DNA of 64,000 nucleotides from Thalia democratica (Eukaryota), in the NCBI GenBank assembly GCA_965202585.1, contig OZ241833.1, positions 30,938,001 to 31,002,000 on the forward strand, in the 5' to 3' direction. A program made the position numbers and the translations under genes. The notes below the pieces were generated by a model. That model did no database searches, had not been told where the DNA came from, and worked only from the letters and a program-made list of their open reading frames with translations. Positions 61,291-64,000 of the stretch are shown one piece after another. Every line of letters begins with the position of its first letter. Position 1 is the first letter of the stretch.

Positions 61291-64000
61291 TGTGCAGAAA
61301 AGTTTTAATATAGCTGTAAATTTAGGTAGTATATTTCTCATGTATATTTGCTTGTCATATTTAAATATTAAACTTCCAAATATTAATTACATGTTTTCTT
61401 TCAAAAAATACTATTTTAACTACATTAAACCTCATACATTGGTTAAATTAATATATAAGCTTCAAATAGTATATTTATTACGTTATAGTACATATATAAT
61501 TTTAAAAATGCTTAACAAACGATTAAGTAACTCGATAACATCGTTATCCTCTAAAGTTTTATAAACTTTTATACAAATAAGAAATGAAAAATGAAACGGA
61601 ACGGTATTATTTAAAACTTAAAGTAATATAAAGTACAAACATTATATAAGCTTATTAGTTACATAGACCGTAGTTTTTAAATAACCTGAAAAAATTGTCA
61701 AGGTTTAATATGCAGCTTTGTAATTTGTTTGGTATCAACTATAACGTGCTCATAAATTTCATAGTAATTTTTTTTATATTTATCATACATTTTTCTACTA
61801 TTAGCAAAGATTTGTTGTTTTAGTTTGAAAGACTTTATAATCAGTCGAAGTAAACTACTGAGTTTCGTACAGCAAATACTCGGAACAGTTTAAAAACTGT
61901 TTGATAAATTTTATGGCAGTAGAAATGTAGTTTGTCTAAACAAACTTATGTCTTGTTTAATTTAACTATAAGAGCGGATATGAAGTTACTGAATATTTTG
62001 TTGTATAAAAGCTTTTTTTTTTGTTTTAAAACAATCAGTTCAGAAATTTTTTGTTTTAAAACAACTTTTATTGAACTATATTGCTGTAAAAACTATACAC
62101 AACACAGTATAAAAAGCCCGTTTTTGTTTTTAAAGTAATAAAATAATATATGTGCTCAAAAAATACTATCCTACTTATTATAGAATTTACTTTTTTCAAC
62201 CGGGTATATTTAAATCTATTACAGACAGTACAAAGTTTTATTTGATATTTTATATAACTTAAAGGTTTTTCATTTTTGAAATAATTCAATTGATAAACTA
62301 ATAAATCAATTGATAAATCATAAAATTGAATACGTGTATTATCTAAAAATTTAAATTTTACTTTAGCAAACTTCTGTGCATTGCACATTAAACATCGGTT
62401 CATAATAAAAAAGCAAAAAACTAATGAGAAATTCTACCAATGGCAAGCAAATTAGAATTTGACCCTGGTGATACTAAAAAAAAAAAGTAATTGTGTATAC
62501 GCACGTAATTTTATAAGCAAATAAAGTATTTTGAAATTTAAAGTCCTAATTTAAATCAGTTCTATTAGTTAAAAAAAGGTGTAAAAGTCAAATAAGTTGC
62601 AAACACAAGCTGTCAGACAGTTTAAATTAGTTTTATTTCGTTTGATATGTATTAAAACTTTTACAAAGTTTCGTATTGGTACATAACATAAATTGATAGG
62701 TGTTGTCAAATATGTTGCTTGAAACAAAAATTGATATATTTTGTTAAATAGATGTTTCCTATATTAGATTTGTTCAAACTATCTCTTTGATCTTTGTTTT
62801 TTTAATTAAATACACATTATTGAAAACTGTTACATGTTATGAATGTAATTTACCATGTAAAAATTTTCATAGATTTAAAACAAGTTCATGTAAAAATTAG
62901 TTTTAAACAGTGTAGTAGCGATGTGTTTAAGCATGTCATACTTAGACATTAAGTTTTGAAATGTTAATTGCATTTTTCTATGTAAAAACACTGCTTTTAT
63001 GTTCATATTAAACCTAAAACTTTGATAATTTTGAAAAAAAAACATATTAAAAACATTTTTTAGGTTTTACTGTCTGACAAAAGTATTTGAATTACTCAGA
63101 AAATTAAGCTATTAGATAAAATCGTTAACCTCAAGACTTACAAATAGATAGTACGGTGTAATACGAAAACTAAATATCAAGCAGAACTTTTATACATTTA
63201 AAAAAGGTAGAGTGTAGAATAGAAAAACTTAAAATTATATGTTTTTTTACGGAATTAGTTAGATACATAAACTTTAGTAAATGTTTTAAAAATGTCTGTA
63301 GAGTTTTATCTTAAAAGAATTATTTATATTAAAAAGAAAAAAAATAAGTGTGTTAACAAAAGTATAAAACAGTAAAAACGTTGTTTAAAAAGGAAGCAAA
63401 TAACTTTGATTTTTCTTATAGTTGGGTTTTTACCAATAATACAAGTGTATCAGTGCTTAAAGAATATTTTATATATTAAATAAAATAAAAATTTCAATTG
63501 ATCACTTTAGTTTTAAAGCTATATTGTTGTCAATTTTGATTAGGTTTTTAGAAAATTGATTTTGTTTACAGTTAAAATTTACTAACATAAACTTGATGTT
63601 TACAAATATCTTTAAACTGTGAAAAATTTGTTGAAGTATACCTGATGTAATTTTGATTTAATCTTTTATATACTTAAGACATATTTAACCTCGTAAGAAT
63701 ATGCATAAAATGAATATTCTATAATGCGCATGTATTTAAATATTAGTTTCATTACTAAACAAACTTCTGTGTTCAGTGAAATTGTGTTCAAAATAAATAA
63801 ACAATGCTTTTTTTGTATATTTCATCAGTAGTATATTGTTTAATTTTTACTCTAGTATTAAAAAAAATACAAATGTATCGATGCAACCTGTTCAACTTAC
63901 TTACGGAATTTCACCATTAAAAATCTCACCAATTTTTTTAGTAACAAACATTTTCTTACAAACCTAATTTTCTATGCTCACTAAAGAATGCATACATATA

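Noticed and set aside
63890-63950. Possible upstream (signal-peptide) exon of the lectin gene ending at a minus-strand GTAAGT
   Set aside because: Only a donor-like hexamer and a short open frame; no supporting motif or phase link.

Overview
AT-rich animal (invertebrate) genomic DNA with GC-rich spliced exons; no prokaryotic features. The species is not identifiable from sequence alone, but abundant TTGTGACGTCA motifs and the POLA1-Arx linkage hint at a chordate such as a tunicate (inference). Contents: (1) the last 19 exons of the DNA polymerase alpha catalytic subunit gene (POLA1, + strand, 1505-32231), reconstructed by hand with continuous reading frame; (2) a 3-exon paired-class Q50 homeobox gene with an N-terminal eh1/octapeptide, best matching Arx/aristaless (41394-43437, +); (3) the last two exons of a C-type lectin domain gene (57417-58197, -); (4) two Penelope-like retroelement (RT + GIY-YIG) insertions carrying four minimal hammerhead ribozyme copies, one element flanked by a 598-bp inverted repeat and the other a head-to-head chimera of two diverged elements between (TA)n tracts; (5) several MITEs and tandem repeats. 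Most notable: a 70-bp minisatellite made of repeated copies of a POLA1 splice acceptor plus exon start (10 decoy acceptors before the real one); POLA1 next to Arx as in vertebrates, with candidate intronic enhancers; a U3:A8 covariant hammerhead; a GTT(N)GT splice-donor bias; and apparent loss of the first CxxC of the POLA1 C-terminal metal site. All alignments and folds were done by eye, not computed.
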